64,000 nucleotides of DNA. It comes from a bacterium. Its GTDB lineage: Bacteria; UBA8248; JACPRG01; G963555815. Location of the stretch: the NCBI GenBank assembly GCA_965218795.1, contig OZ244653.1:3520001-3584000 (forward strand). Reading direction: 5' to 3'. Made by a program: the position numbers and the translations under genes. Below, one piece after another: positions 1 through 9,058 of the stretch (position 1 is the stretch's first letter; each line of letters begins with the position of its first letter). The notes beneath the pieces are model-generated. The model ran no database searches. It worked only from the letters and a program-made list of their open reading frames with translations, and was not told the origin of the DNA.

Positions 1-2
1 AT

Positions 3-794
3 CAAGGGTCTCCGGAAGGGGAGTCCGGCCGGCCGTCCACGGCGCTATTGACGGGATGTGTGATGCGGTTCGCCTTCGGCCATATCAACCTGGCGACCGT
101 TCGAGCTCTTGCGGAGAATGGACATCCGGTCCTTGTGCCAAAGGGCCAGGTCTGTTGCGGTGCGCTTCACGGCCATTCCGGTGATCGGGGAACCGCCAGG
201 GAGCTCGCCCGGAAGAACATCGATATTTTCACGAGTTCCGGGGCCGACTATGTGATTACCAATTCGGCCGGGTGTGGATCGATGATGAAGGAGTATGGCG
301 AGCTCCTGGCCGGCGATCCGAAATATGGAGAAAAAGCCGAGCGGTTCTCTGCGAAAGTGCGGGATATCACGGAATTTCTGGTGGAGCAGGGGTTCCGCGC
401 TCCATCCGCGCCTGTGGGGACGGACGCTCAGGGACCGCTGCCGGTCACCTATCACGAGGCCTGCCACCTCGCGCACGGTCAGAAGGTGCGCAATCCCCCG
501 CGGGAGATTCTCCGGGCAATTCCCGGCGTTGAGATCCGCGAGCTGGCCGAATCCGATTGGTGTTGCGGCAGCGCGGGCATTTACAATCTGACACAACCCG
601 AGATGGCCAAACGTCTATTGAGGCGGAAGATCGGACACATTACGAAGACCGGCGCTTCCGTGGTCGCGACCGGAAATCCGGGCTGTATCATCCAGATTGA
701 AAGCGGGCTCCAGCGGAAAGGGGTCGAGGTTCTGCACCCTGTTGAGTTGTTGGCCCGCGCGTATGAGCGGGAAGCGGGTCGCCGGGATGCGTGA
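3..794 (+). CDS. glcF: Glycolate oxidase iron-sulfur subunit-like (CCG domain) protein, 5'-truncated by window edge
   Basis: Two CCG motifs (QVCCGALH, WCCGSAGIYN), NSAGCG, YHEACHL, NPGC; frame open back to position 3. Confidence 0.85.
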   Translation, partial: QGSPEGESGRPSTALLTGCVMRFAFGHINLATVRALAENGHPVLVPKGQVCCGALHGHSGDRGTARELARKNIDIFTSSGADYVITNSAGCGSMMKEYGELLAGDPKYGEKAERFSAKVRDITEFLVEQGFRAPSAPVGTDAQGPLPVTYHEACHLAHGQKVRNPPREILRAIPGVEIRELAESDWCCGSAGIYNLTQPEMAKRLLRRKIGHITKTGASVVATGNPGCIIQIESGLQRKGVEVLHPVELLARAYEREAGRRDA

Positions 795-901
795 TCGGGA
801 AATCGCGCAGGCCTCCTGCGCCGCTTGCTGATGGAGATCGTTCTACGCAACGGGGGGCGATACGTCATTCCCTTCCGGGATTCACGTTTCAGGGGTTTGG
901 G

Positions 902-1408
902 GTGAATACGACCCTTCGATTTTTCTACAATCTTTCGTTGGCGACGTGGCTCGGTATCACGGTCTTTTTTTTGGCCGTCACAGCGGCCCTTTTCAACCGG
1001 ATGCCCGACGTGGCCGGCCGGGTCGCGAGCCTCGCCCTGCCGCTGTATTTCCAAGCGGGGGACATCTGTGCGCTGTTCGCCCTGGTGTCCGTCACCCTTC
1101 TGGCTCTCGCTGTGTGGAAGGACTTTTCCACCGTCAAAAAGGTGACGCCGATCGTCCTTATCGTGCTGATGGCCGGATTGAATACCTATGGCGGTTGGGT
1201 TGTTTTGCCGGCGGCGCGGGAAGCGCGAATTGAGCTCCATGAGAATCAGAAGGCGGGTACGGCACGAACCTCCGAGCAAAAGGCGGCGCTGGAAAAAACC
1301 CGAAACCGGTTTCAGCGTCTTCACCGTCTGTCGACTCAGCTCTTCGGTGTCGTTTTCTTCCTGATTGGGGCGACGATCATCTTCTCTTCCTTCGTCCTCA
1401 GGATATAA
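902..1408 (+). CDS. DUF4149/TMEM205-like membrane protein
   Basis: Four hydrophobic segments, WLG motif, C-terminal RFQRLHRLS; GTG 902 preferred over 791. Confidence 0.65.
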   Translation: MNTTLRFFYNLSLATWLGITVFFLAVTAALFNRMPDVAGRVASLALPLYFQAGDICALFALVSVTLLALAVWKDFSTVKKVTPIVLIVLMAGLNTYGGWVVLPAAREARIELHENQKAGTARTSEQKAALEKTRNRFQRLHRLSTQLFGVVFFLIGATIIFSSFVLRI

Positions 1409-1524
1409 TCCGGTCCTTCCGGTTGCACAGTGCCTTGGTCGATCCGGCTACCGGGTGATCGGCCCCGCCCCCGGCATCTATCCGATCGAAATCCGACCTT
1501 CCGGACGGGCGTGGGAGAGGATCG

Positions 1525-2307
1525 ATGCGTTTGAAAGATCAGACCGCTCTTGTGACGGGCTCGGCGAGCGGGATCGGGAAGTCGATTGCGGTGGCATACG
1601 CCCGAGAAGGGGCCGGCGTCGCCGTTGCAGATTGGAACGCCGAAGGGGCCGAACAAACGTCTGAAGCGATCCGGTCGTCCGGTGGAGTTTCAATGCCTGT
1701 GGCGATGGATGTGACGGACGAGAAGTCCGTCGAGGACGGGATAGCGTCCGTCCTGCGTGCGTACGGACGGCTCGATGTGATGGTCAGCAATGCCGGCGTT
1801 CAGCACATCGACGCGGTCGTCGACCTCCCCTTCGATGACTGGAAGCGTGTCCTGGCCGTGCATCTGGATGGAGCGTTCTTGACCACGCGGGCGGCCATGC
1901 GCCACATGGTCGAGACGGGCCGGGGAGGAACGGTTCTCTATATGGGGTCCGTCCATTCCAAAGCGGCCTCTCCGCTCAAGGCGCCGTATATCACAGCCAA
2001 GCACGGTCTGCTGGGCCTCTGCCGGACGGTGGCCCGGGAGGGGGCTGCTCACGGGATCCGATCGAACGTCATTTGTCCGGGCTTTGTGCGCACGCCTCTG
2101 GTGGACAGGCAGATCCCCGAGCAGGCGGCCGAGCTGGGAATCAGCGAGGAAGAGGTCGTCCGGGACGTCATGCTTCGGCACACGGTGGACGGTGAATTCA
2201 CGACCACGGCGGACGTCGCGGAGATTGCGGTCTTTCTCGCTGCTTTTCCATCGAATGCCTTGACGGGTCAGGCGGTCATCGCAAGCCACGGCTGGCACAT
2301 GGAGTAA
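1525..2307 (+). CDS. bdhA: 3-hydroxybutyrate dehydrogenase (SDR)
   Basis: TGSASGIG, NAGVQH, GSVHS, KAPYITAKHG, CPGFVRTPLV, SHGWHM. Confidence 0.9.
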   Translation: MRLKDQTALVTGSASGIGKSIAVAYAREGAGVAVADWNAEGAEQTSEAIRSSGGVSMPVAMDVTDEKSVEDGIASVLRAYGRLDVMVSNAGVQHIDAVVDLPFDDWKRVLAVHLDGAFLTTRAAMRHMVETGRGGTVLYMGSVHSKAASPLKAPYITAKHGLLGLCRTVAREGAAHGIRSNVICPGFVRTPLVDRQIPEQAAELGISEEEVVRDVMLRHTVDGEFTTTADVAEIAVFLAAFPSNALTGQAVIASHGWHME

Positions 2308-2511
2308 CATTTCCTCCCTCGTTCTCGGCCGGGGCTGGTCGCAAGGCCGAGAACGAAAACCGGCCTCAGGCCAAGATTGACACTCCCGGAATCCCTATGG
2401 GATCATTTTTCGGTTCAGGGTGGACGGTTCGGATACCGGTCCCGGAGTCCCTGGAATGTGCCGATTTTTCCTAAGGATTGGAGGCGGATTTTGCAGGGGA
2501 CCATTTCAACC

Positions 2512-2883
2512 ATGTGGAACAGGATTCTTCTCGCTTCCGGGCTTGCCGTCCTGGTTGTTGCCCTGGGCGGTTGCCAAACGATTCCGGAGGGTTACCGCAG
2601 GGATTTTCTGCCGGCCCCGAATGCCGGCTATCGCATTACCGATGAATCCGCATCCGGGTTCGATCTGGAAGTGTATTATTTCGAGCGTGGGGTTTTCCTG
2701 AAGCGGGACAAGCTGGTTGCAGACGCCAAATCAACGTACGTTCAGATTGCAGCCTGGCTTTCCTCCCGCATCGGCAGGACGCCCAGGAACATTTCCAGGC
2801 AGGACCTCAATGTGAGGTTCAGCCGGGGTCTGATGGACGGCCTGCATGAAGTGTATGTTATCGGTAAGGTGGTGTACCGATAG
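2512..2883 (+). CDS. Hypothetical lipoprotein
   Basis: Signal peptide MWNRILLASGLAVLVVALGG followed by Cys (lipobox-like). Confidence 0.65.
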   Translation: MWNRILLASGLAVLVVALGGCQTIPEGYRRDFLPAPNAGYRITDESASGFDLEVYYFERGVFLKRDKLVADAKSTYVQIAAWLSSRIGRTPRNISRQDLNVRFSRGLMDGLHEVYVIGKVVYR

Positions 2884-3023
2884 GAGGAATTGAAACCGGA
2901 AGGTTCAGGCGTGACGGGTCGCTCCATCGATGATTCGGGGAGGGCCTTGAAGCTGGAGGCGGTACTGCGGCGGCGAACGGCTCCCGGTGATTTTCCGGAG
3001 GCCCGTTTCTCCGGAGGCATCCC

Positions 3024-3578
3024 ATGACGCATCAGCGCCCGTTCATCAGAAAAAAGAAGATTTCACGGGAGCACCCGCTACGCAAATTCCTGTTTCGGAT
3101 GACGGCCTCGAGCTTCGAGACAGTGGGGCTTCCCGACGGGGAAGTGATTCGCTACGTGACCGACGTTCTGGTGGACTTCGCCCATGTGGACAACATTTAC
3201 AGGTTCCGGGTCGCGCCGTCCAAGGCGCACGCCCGACGCCTGGGCGATTTGATTGACGAGTTGGAGGAAGTCAGCCGTCGGGGCCTTTGGCCCGAACCAG
3301 AGATTCAAAGGCACATCGGAGACTCCTGCCTCTTCTTCACGGGGATTTATCCGGATGCTTTGGGGCGCGACCGTTACTGTCCCGACCCGCGGGCCTTCGT
3401 CCAGCAGGGAATCGACGCTTACCAGTGGGTTTCCGAGTATGAAGCCGTCGGGCCGTCGGCCCAGCTGTTTCGGAAACTCTCCAGCGTTTTCGAAGAATGT
3501 GTGGACGCCCTTCACGTCGAAAGGGAATTCCTCCACGATCCTTTTTATCAATACCTGATGCGCCAATGGGATGAGTGA
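3024..3578 (+). CDS. Conserved hypothetical protein
   Basis: GGAGG RBS; globular sequence with HIGDxxLFFTGIYPD motif; function not recognised. Confidence 0.7.
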   Translation: MTHQRPFIRKKKISREHPLRKFLFRMTASSFETVGLPDGEVIRYVTDVLVDFAHVDNIYRFRVAPSKAHARRLGDLIDELEEVSRRGLWPEPEIQRHIGDSCLFFTGIYPDALGRDRYCPDPRAFVQQGIDAYQWVSEYEAVGPSAQLFRKLSSVFEECVDALHVEREFLHDPFYQYLMRQWDE

Positions 3579-3694
3579 GGGGGATCGGCGTACATCGACT
3601 GGCTTGGCTTCTTTGAGCCTGCCGTGTTCTCCTTTCCGGTTCGAGGGCGGGTTCCTTCCGGTTGGAGTCCGCACCACATGGATCTGATGTTGAC

Positions 3695-4543
3695 ATGCAG
3701 TCCGCCGCCGCCCGATCGCTGGAATATTGCCGTAAGCTGACGCGCCGCAGCGGCTCAAACTTTTTCTATTCTTTTCTCTTTTTGCCGAAGCCCCGCCGTG
3801 AAGCCATCTATGCCGTGTACGCTTTCTCCCGCGCGGTGGATGACTTGGTCGATGAGATGGAGGACCCGGCCGAGACGGCGGAGAATCTGGCCGAATGGCG
3901 GCGCGAGGTCGAGCGGATGGCGGAGGGACAGGCCACTCATCCGATTGCCGTGCAAATGGGAGCGGCCGCGCGCGCCTTCGACATTCCGAAAGAGCTGCCG
4001 ATCGCGCTGATCGACGGCTGCGAGATGGACCTTCGGAACCGCCGCTATGACACCTTCGATGATTTGTACGGCTACTGCTACCACGTGGCGTCGGTCATCG
4101 GGCTCATGTGTATCGAGGTGTTCGGCTATCAGACGGAAAAGGCCAAACGCTACGCCGAAAAGCTGGGGGTCGCCTTTCAGCTGACCAACATCCTCCGGGA
4201 CGTGAAAAACGACGCGGAGCGGGGTCGGATCTATCTGCCCCGCGAAGATCTGGAGCGTTTTGGGTACGCCGATGCGGACGTTCTGGGATCCGTATACGAC
4301 GAGCGGTTCGTCTCACTGATGGAGTTTCAGTGCCGGCGGGCTGAACGGTTCTACGAGGAAGCCCGCGAAGCCCTCGCCCCGGAGGACCGGCCCTCCATGT
4401 TGGCGGCCGAAATCATGGGCGGCATTTATCGGCGGATCCTCCGGGAGATCGAGAAGGCCCGCTACGATGTGTACAACCATTTCGTCTCACTGCCCCGCCA
4501 TCAAAAACTGTGGATTGCGCTGCGAGTCTGGGCGGCCCATTGA
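3695..4543 (+). CDS. hpnD: Squalene/phytoene synthase family, presqualene diphosphate synthase HpnD-like
   Basis: SGSNFFYSF, AVDDLVD, YCYHVAS, FQLTNILRDVKND, GRIYLP. Confidence 0.8.
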   Translation: MQSAAARSLEYCRKLTRRSGSNFFYSFLFLPKPRREAIYAVYAFSRAVDDLVDEMEDPAETAENLAEWRREVERMAEGQATHPIAVQMGAAARAFDIPKELPIALIDGCEMDLRNRRYDTFDDLYGYCYHVASVIGLMCIEVFGYQTEKAKRYAEKLGVAFQLTNILRDVKNDAERGRIYLPREDLERFGYADADVLGSVYDERFVSLMEFQCRRAERFYEEAREALAPEDRPSMLAAEIMGGIYRRILREIEKARYDVYNHFVSLPRHQKLWIALRVWAAH

Positions 4544-4579
4544 TCGGCCGGCCGATTTCTGCGAGGGCGGCCCGGCGCC

Positions 4580-5791
4580 TTAGGCCTCGATGAATTCGAT
4601 GGTCCGCTTCGAGAGCCGCCGCGCTCCAGCCTCCGTGACGGCCACCGTATCCCCCACGGGAATTCCGACCTGATCATCGGGCGAGGTGCAGATGGGCTGG
4701 ATGGCAAGGATCATGTTCGCCTGGATGACGGTGTCTTCGGCCTCCACGCGGGATGAGCCGGGGAAACCCGAGTGCGCTTCATCCGTCCAGACCGGAACCT
4801 CGATGTTCGCAAGGCCCATTCCATGGATCGGCACGCGGGACCATCCGTATCCGGCCTCTTTGATGGGCTCCGTCAGGGCGCGGCACATCTCGCTCATCCG
4901 GACGCCGGGGCGCAGAGTCGCCAGCCCGTTCTCGAATGCCGCATACGCAAACTGATACATCCGCATCAACTCGTCCGCCGGTTTTCCCACGCACACCGGC
5001 TGGTGGGGATGGGCGTAGTAGCCACAGTACTTGGGGCTGATCTCATTGATGACGACGTCCCCTTGATTCAGCTTGATGTCGGGCGCGGCGTAGACTGCGT
5101 GCTGAGGCATCGGGGCCGCGTCCCACAGGAGCATGGTCGGCGGCTCGGAGCCGTTGGCCAGCATCACCCGGACCATCTCCCCGTAGACCTCCGCCTGGGA
5201 TACGCCGGGCCTGGAAGAGCGGCCCATCGCCTCGATGGCCAGATCGCCGATCTCGGCCGCGCGGGTATGGCATTCGATCTCCTCCTCGCTCTTGATCCAC
5301 CGAAGTTTCTCGATGATGTCCGTCGCGTTCAACAACGTGGCTTCGGGCAGGGTCTTCTCAACGTCGAGATAGGCGCCGTGGGAGAAGATGCCCTCGGGCT
5401 CGCGCTCTCCCGGCAGCCCCACGATTCCGATCCGGCCCGTACCGTATCCCAGCTCTTTGACGCGCTCCCCGCAAGCGGCGGCGCCAAAGGGCCAGCCCCC
5501 GCCGCGTACGTCCTTGACCCAGCTCTGCTGTTTTTGCACCGACCACAACGCCGCCGGGGGAAACCAGAGAAACACTGTGGGCTCGCCCTCCTTGGGAAAG
5601 ACGCAGTATCCTTCATGGCCGTTGACCCCGGTGACGTAGCGGAGATCGCCCATGAATCCGTACCAGAAACCCGAATGGCCCCGGATGATCAGGGCGTCGA
5701 TTTCCCGCTCGGCCATGGTTCGGCGAATCCCTTCCCATCTCCGGTCCCGCTCCGCGATCGATAGATGCGGGTAACCGTGCTTGATCTCCAT
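4580..5791 (-). CDS. M24 (Xaa-Pro peptidase/creatinase fold) family protein with non-canonical metal ligands
   Basis: LRYVTG, RWIKSEEEI, HGMG, DTVAVTEAGARRLS; ATG 5791 with GGAGG RBS. Confidence 0.8.
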   Translation of the reverse strand: MEIKHGYPHLSIAERDRRWEGIRRTMAEREIDALIIRGHSGFWYGFMGDLRYVTGVNGHEGYCVFPKEGEPTVFLWFPPAALWSVQKQQSWVKDVRGGGWPFGAAACGERVKELGYGTGRIGIVGLPGEREPEGIFSHGAYLDVEKTLPEATLLNATDIIEKLRWIKSEEEIECHTRAAEIGDLAIEAMGRSSRPGVSQAEVYGEMVRVMLANGSEPPTMLLWDAAPMPQHAVYAAPDIKLNQGDVVINEISPKYCGYYAHPHQPVCVGKPADELMRMYQFAYAAFENGLATLRPGVRMSEMCRALTEPIKEAGYGWSRVPIHGMGLANIEVPVWTDEAHSGFPGSSRVEAEDTVIQANMILAIQPICTSPDDQVGIPVGDTVAVTEAGARRLSKRTIEFIEA

Positions 5792-6138
5792 AGGCCGCCT
5801 CCCGATGTGTGACGTATCTCCCCAAAAAGGCCTGACCCCCATCAGGGGGCATTCACCTTGAGTTTTCCAGCGCCTTTTGCCGCAGGATGGACGGCTCGGG
5901 GTGATTTGGAAGTGGTGACGATACACCGGAGACACCCTGATCCGCAACAAACGGGAAGATCCCGTTCAATGAGAGGCGACAGAAGGGGTGTGTTGGGTGT
6001 TCATGCAGCGACCTTCACAGATCGCGCGTGGCCGTAAAAGGAGCTGAATATCTCAAATCCAAACAAGATACAAAGCAGAACTTGGGGAAGGCTCTTTCGT
6101 CTTCGGTTTGTGGTCGATGACTTTCGGGACATTTCTTA

Positions 6139-6801
6139 TCATTCAATCGAATGAGCCTTTGGAGAAACAGTCGCCAGCGCAAGCGAGAGAATGGCTGCTT
6201 TCTGATCGAATTGATGATGAAAGAAGAGGTAAACGAGAGGCAGCGAAATCACACCGGCCAGGAATGCGGGAAGCCTTATCGCCCACTCTTGCTCCCCAAA
6301 TACCCCAGTGAAAATATGAACCAGGAGAGAGTGGAAAACGTGATTGTTGGGAACGTGGTAATTGGTCAGAAGAGTTCTCAGCCCCCGAGACGAAAAGTAA
6401 TAATGTGTATAGGCCTCGTCAAAGTTCCTTATCGGATCATCCAGAAAGTAAGCCCTCAGTAAGACACCGGCAGTAAACACACCGACAACCACGGCTTTCT
6501 CACTCCGCCTTGTGCCCTGCCAAACCTGGAGAACATAGCTTAGGAAATCATTGATTAAGCGGCGAAAGGAACCCAGAAAATCATTGAGATATGAAGCCAG
6601 ACGTCCTTTGAAAAAGATAATACAGGTTGCCGCCAGGAAAAACCCCAGTGGGACAACACCTCCGAGCCTGCCAAACGCATCGAACCTTTGACGTGTGAAT
6701 ATGTCGGCACTGTTGTCCCTGGCAAAGGAGTCGACAATCGGTTTAATGGTTTCGAAAGAAAAAAAGGGATAGCAGGAAGAGCGTAAAGCCGAACAGGACA
6801 A
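6139..6801 (-). pseudogene. Truncated ArnT/PMT-like (GT-C) membrane glycosyltransferase fragment
   Basis: DEAYT, PNNHVFHSLL, EWAIRLPAFLAG motifs; ORF stops after the first TM helices; lower GC. Confidence 0.6.
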
Positions 6802-6968
6802 TTAAAACAACTACACTATTCAGTAACGTTCTCACCAAATCACTCCGGTTGTCCCCAATCGAGGACGGGCTACCGAATCTTGCGTCCAGAATATCCCTCG
6901 TTTAGCGCGGACACAAACGACGACAGTCTGATGGAAGTCCTCTTCTTCAAGAACGCTTCATCCGCCGT

Positions 6969-7472
6969 TCAACGGCCCTCTCCAAAGAATGACTGCGCCC
7001 TCGGGGAGTCGTTCCGGGCGTACAATGGTTTTTTGTGACAATTTGCCGCAGAGATATCCGAATCTCTATTGAAGGAGAGGATTACGTTACAAAAAATTTC
7101 CGTCAAAATGGAATCAAGGCCGGCCTCGATGTCTACGTAAACGGGAGAAAGCCCTTTCCTGGAAGAATCGATAAACGGGTTCAAGGCTTTTCCAGGATGC
7201 CGCGAGATTTCGGTCCCTGCGTTCCAACTCCCAGCGGATTGAGAGATGGGCCCTCCAAATGCTTGGGATACCTTTGCGGTTCCGTTTCCACCAATCGAGC
7301 GCCCTGTCCTCACCGCGCATTCCGATGGTTCCACCGAGCCTTCCCCGGACTTTCCTCTCGGTCCACAGTAAATGGCATTGAAGAGAGACTGCGACTCACG
7401 GGCATGGCCGGCTTCGAGATTGGCAAGCAGGAGACAAAGCGGACTCAATATGACGGCTGCCAGGAATCGCAT
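6969..7472 (-). CDS. Hypothetical secreted protein
   Basis: Signal-like MRFLAAVILSPLCLLLANLEAGHA; no recognisable domain. Confidence 0.4.
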   Translation of the reverse strand: MRFLAAVILSPLCLLLANLEAGHARESQSLFNAIYCGPRGKSGEGSVEPSECAVRTGRSIGGNGTAKVSQAFGGPISQSAGSWNAGTEISRHPGKALNPFIDSSRKGLSPVYVDIEAGLDSILTEIFCNVILSFNRDSDISAANCHKKPLYARNDSPRAQSFFGEGR

Positions 7473-7751
7473 GACATCATGTTCTCGGCTGATATAGACA
7501 ATCAAAAGACACCATCGGTCGAAAGAATTGACAGGAGGGAATCGACGTTTGCCCTGAATCAGAGGGGGTTGCTTGACACTCCACAATATCTTGTGTTCTT
7601 TTATCAACGAAATATCAACATGCTGTGGAAAACTATTTATTTTGTCTAGTCCTGGGCTGTGGGTCAGGGCTATGGCCAAGTCGAAAATCGCTTATCCCGA
7701 TGAAGGGACGATTGGCCTGGAAAAAGAGGGAAAGAGGGGCGGAGGGAAGTC

Positions 7752-8306
7752 ATGAGTATCAAGTCCGACCGCTGGATCAAGCGGATGGCCGAAAAGCACG
7801 GCATGATCGAACCATTCGTATCGGGACAGGTTCGTGCCGGGGCTATCTCATACGGCTTGTCGTCTTACGGTTACGATATCCGGGTTGCAAAAGAGTTCAA
7901 GGTATTTACGAATACCAATGGCTCGATCGTCGATCCGAAGGCCTTTGACGAACAGGCGTTTATTGACCGGCAGGGATATCATTGCATCATCCCCCCAATT
8001 CGTTCGCCCTGGCCCGGACGGTCGAGCGTTTCAGGATCCCCCGGAATATCCTGACGCTCTGCGTTGGGAAATCCACGTACGCCCGTTGCGGGATTATCGT
8101 CAACGTCACCCCTTTTGAGCCCGAATGGGAGGGTTACGTCACGCTGGAGATCTCAAATACCACTCCCTTACCCGCGAAGATTCATGCCAACGAGGGGATC
8201 GCCCAGGTTCTCTTCCTTCGAAAGTGATGAGGTCTGCGAGATATCTTACGCCGACAGGAAGGGCAAGTGTCAGGCGCAGGTCGGCGTCACGCCTCCGAAA
8301 ATGTAA
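7752..8306 (+). pseudogene. dcd: dCTP deaminase with two frameshifts
   Basis: [44 protein letters not shown] spread over frames; -1 at C6 (7991-7996), +1 near 8215. Confidence 0.9.
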
Positions 8307-8329
8307 GGGGAGATTTAGGAGGAGAGCAT

Positions 8330-8426
8330 TTCCAGGAGGGCTTTTTTTGAAAAGCCGCCCCCCTGGACCCCTGGAAAAACTTCATCTCGCGAAGACTGCC
8401 CGCGCCTCAGCGCGGGCAGTCTTCGC
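8330..8426 (-). repeat. Intergenic hairpin repeat, copy A
   Basis: Reverse-orientation AAGTTTTTCCAGGGG...TTTCAAAAA..GCCC core plus perfect 17-bp stem at 8389-8426. Confidence 0.75.
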
Positions 8427-8506
8427 CGCAGCCATCTAGCCCCGCCAAAGATGAGGCAACGTGCCTGCGCGATTTCGTGGCGTCCTATTGGGTAAAAAGA
8501 GTTGTT

Positions 8507-8590
8507 GCGAAGGCGTGCGAAGCACGCCTTCGCGAAACAAAAGTTTTCCAGGGGGTTTGGGGGCCGGCTTTCAAAAAGGCCCCCCAAAGA
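8507..8590 (+). repeat. Intergenic hairpin repeat, copy B
   Basis: 12-bp stem GCGAAGGCGTGC-gaa-GCACGCCTTCGC then AAAAGTTTTCCAGGGGG...CTTTCAAAAAGGCCCCC. Confidence 0.8.
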
Positions 8591-8596
8591 TGAAGT

Positions 8597-8980
8597 TCAG
8601 GTTTCCAACTGGTCCAAAGCCTCGTTGATCGCATCCTCGGCCAGGTCGCCGGCGTGGATTTTGTGCTTGGGCAGACCGCCCAGGCCCCCGGCGATGTCCT
8701 GTGCAGTGATTCCCCGGGCATCCTCCACCGTCTTCCCCTTCGCCAATTCGGTCAGCAGGGAGCTGGCCGCAAGGGCCGCCGCGCAACCGTAGGCCTTGAA
8801 CCTGGCGTCGGTAATTCGGCCGTCCTCAACCTTCAGGGAAAGCTTCAGCTCGTCCCCGCAGACCGGATTGCTCACCTCCGCGAACGCGTCCGGGTTTTCC
8901 ATTGCCCCGGCGTTTCGCGGGTTGGTCAAATGGTCGATGAACTCCGGGCTCCGAAGGTTTTCGTTGTCTTTGGTCGGCAT
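8597..8980 (-). CDS. iscU: IscU/NifU-N Fe-S scaffold-like protein (third Cys absent)
   Basis: HLTNPRNAG, NPVCGD, FKAYGC, LGGLPKHKIH. Confidence 0.85.
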   Translation of the reverse strand: MPTKDNENLRSPEFIDHLTNPRNAGAMENPDAFAEVSNPVCGDELKLSLKVEDGRITDARFKAYGCAAALAASSLLTELAKGKTVEDARGITAQDIAGGLGGLPKHKIHAGDLAEDAINEALDQLET

Positions 8981-9058
8981 GAGTAAAACTCGACGTTCAG
9001 CGGGTCAGTGAAAGATGCCGGGGCGCTTCAAGGTGAAAAGATTCGGAACAAGCCGGAG

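Noticed and set aside
7035-7649. 204-aa plus-strand ORF
   Set aside because: No motifs; the opposite-strand ORF with a signal peptide is more plausible
8330-8590. CRISPR-like array
   Set aside because: Only two inverted units, no regular repeat-spacer period, no cas genes
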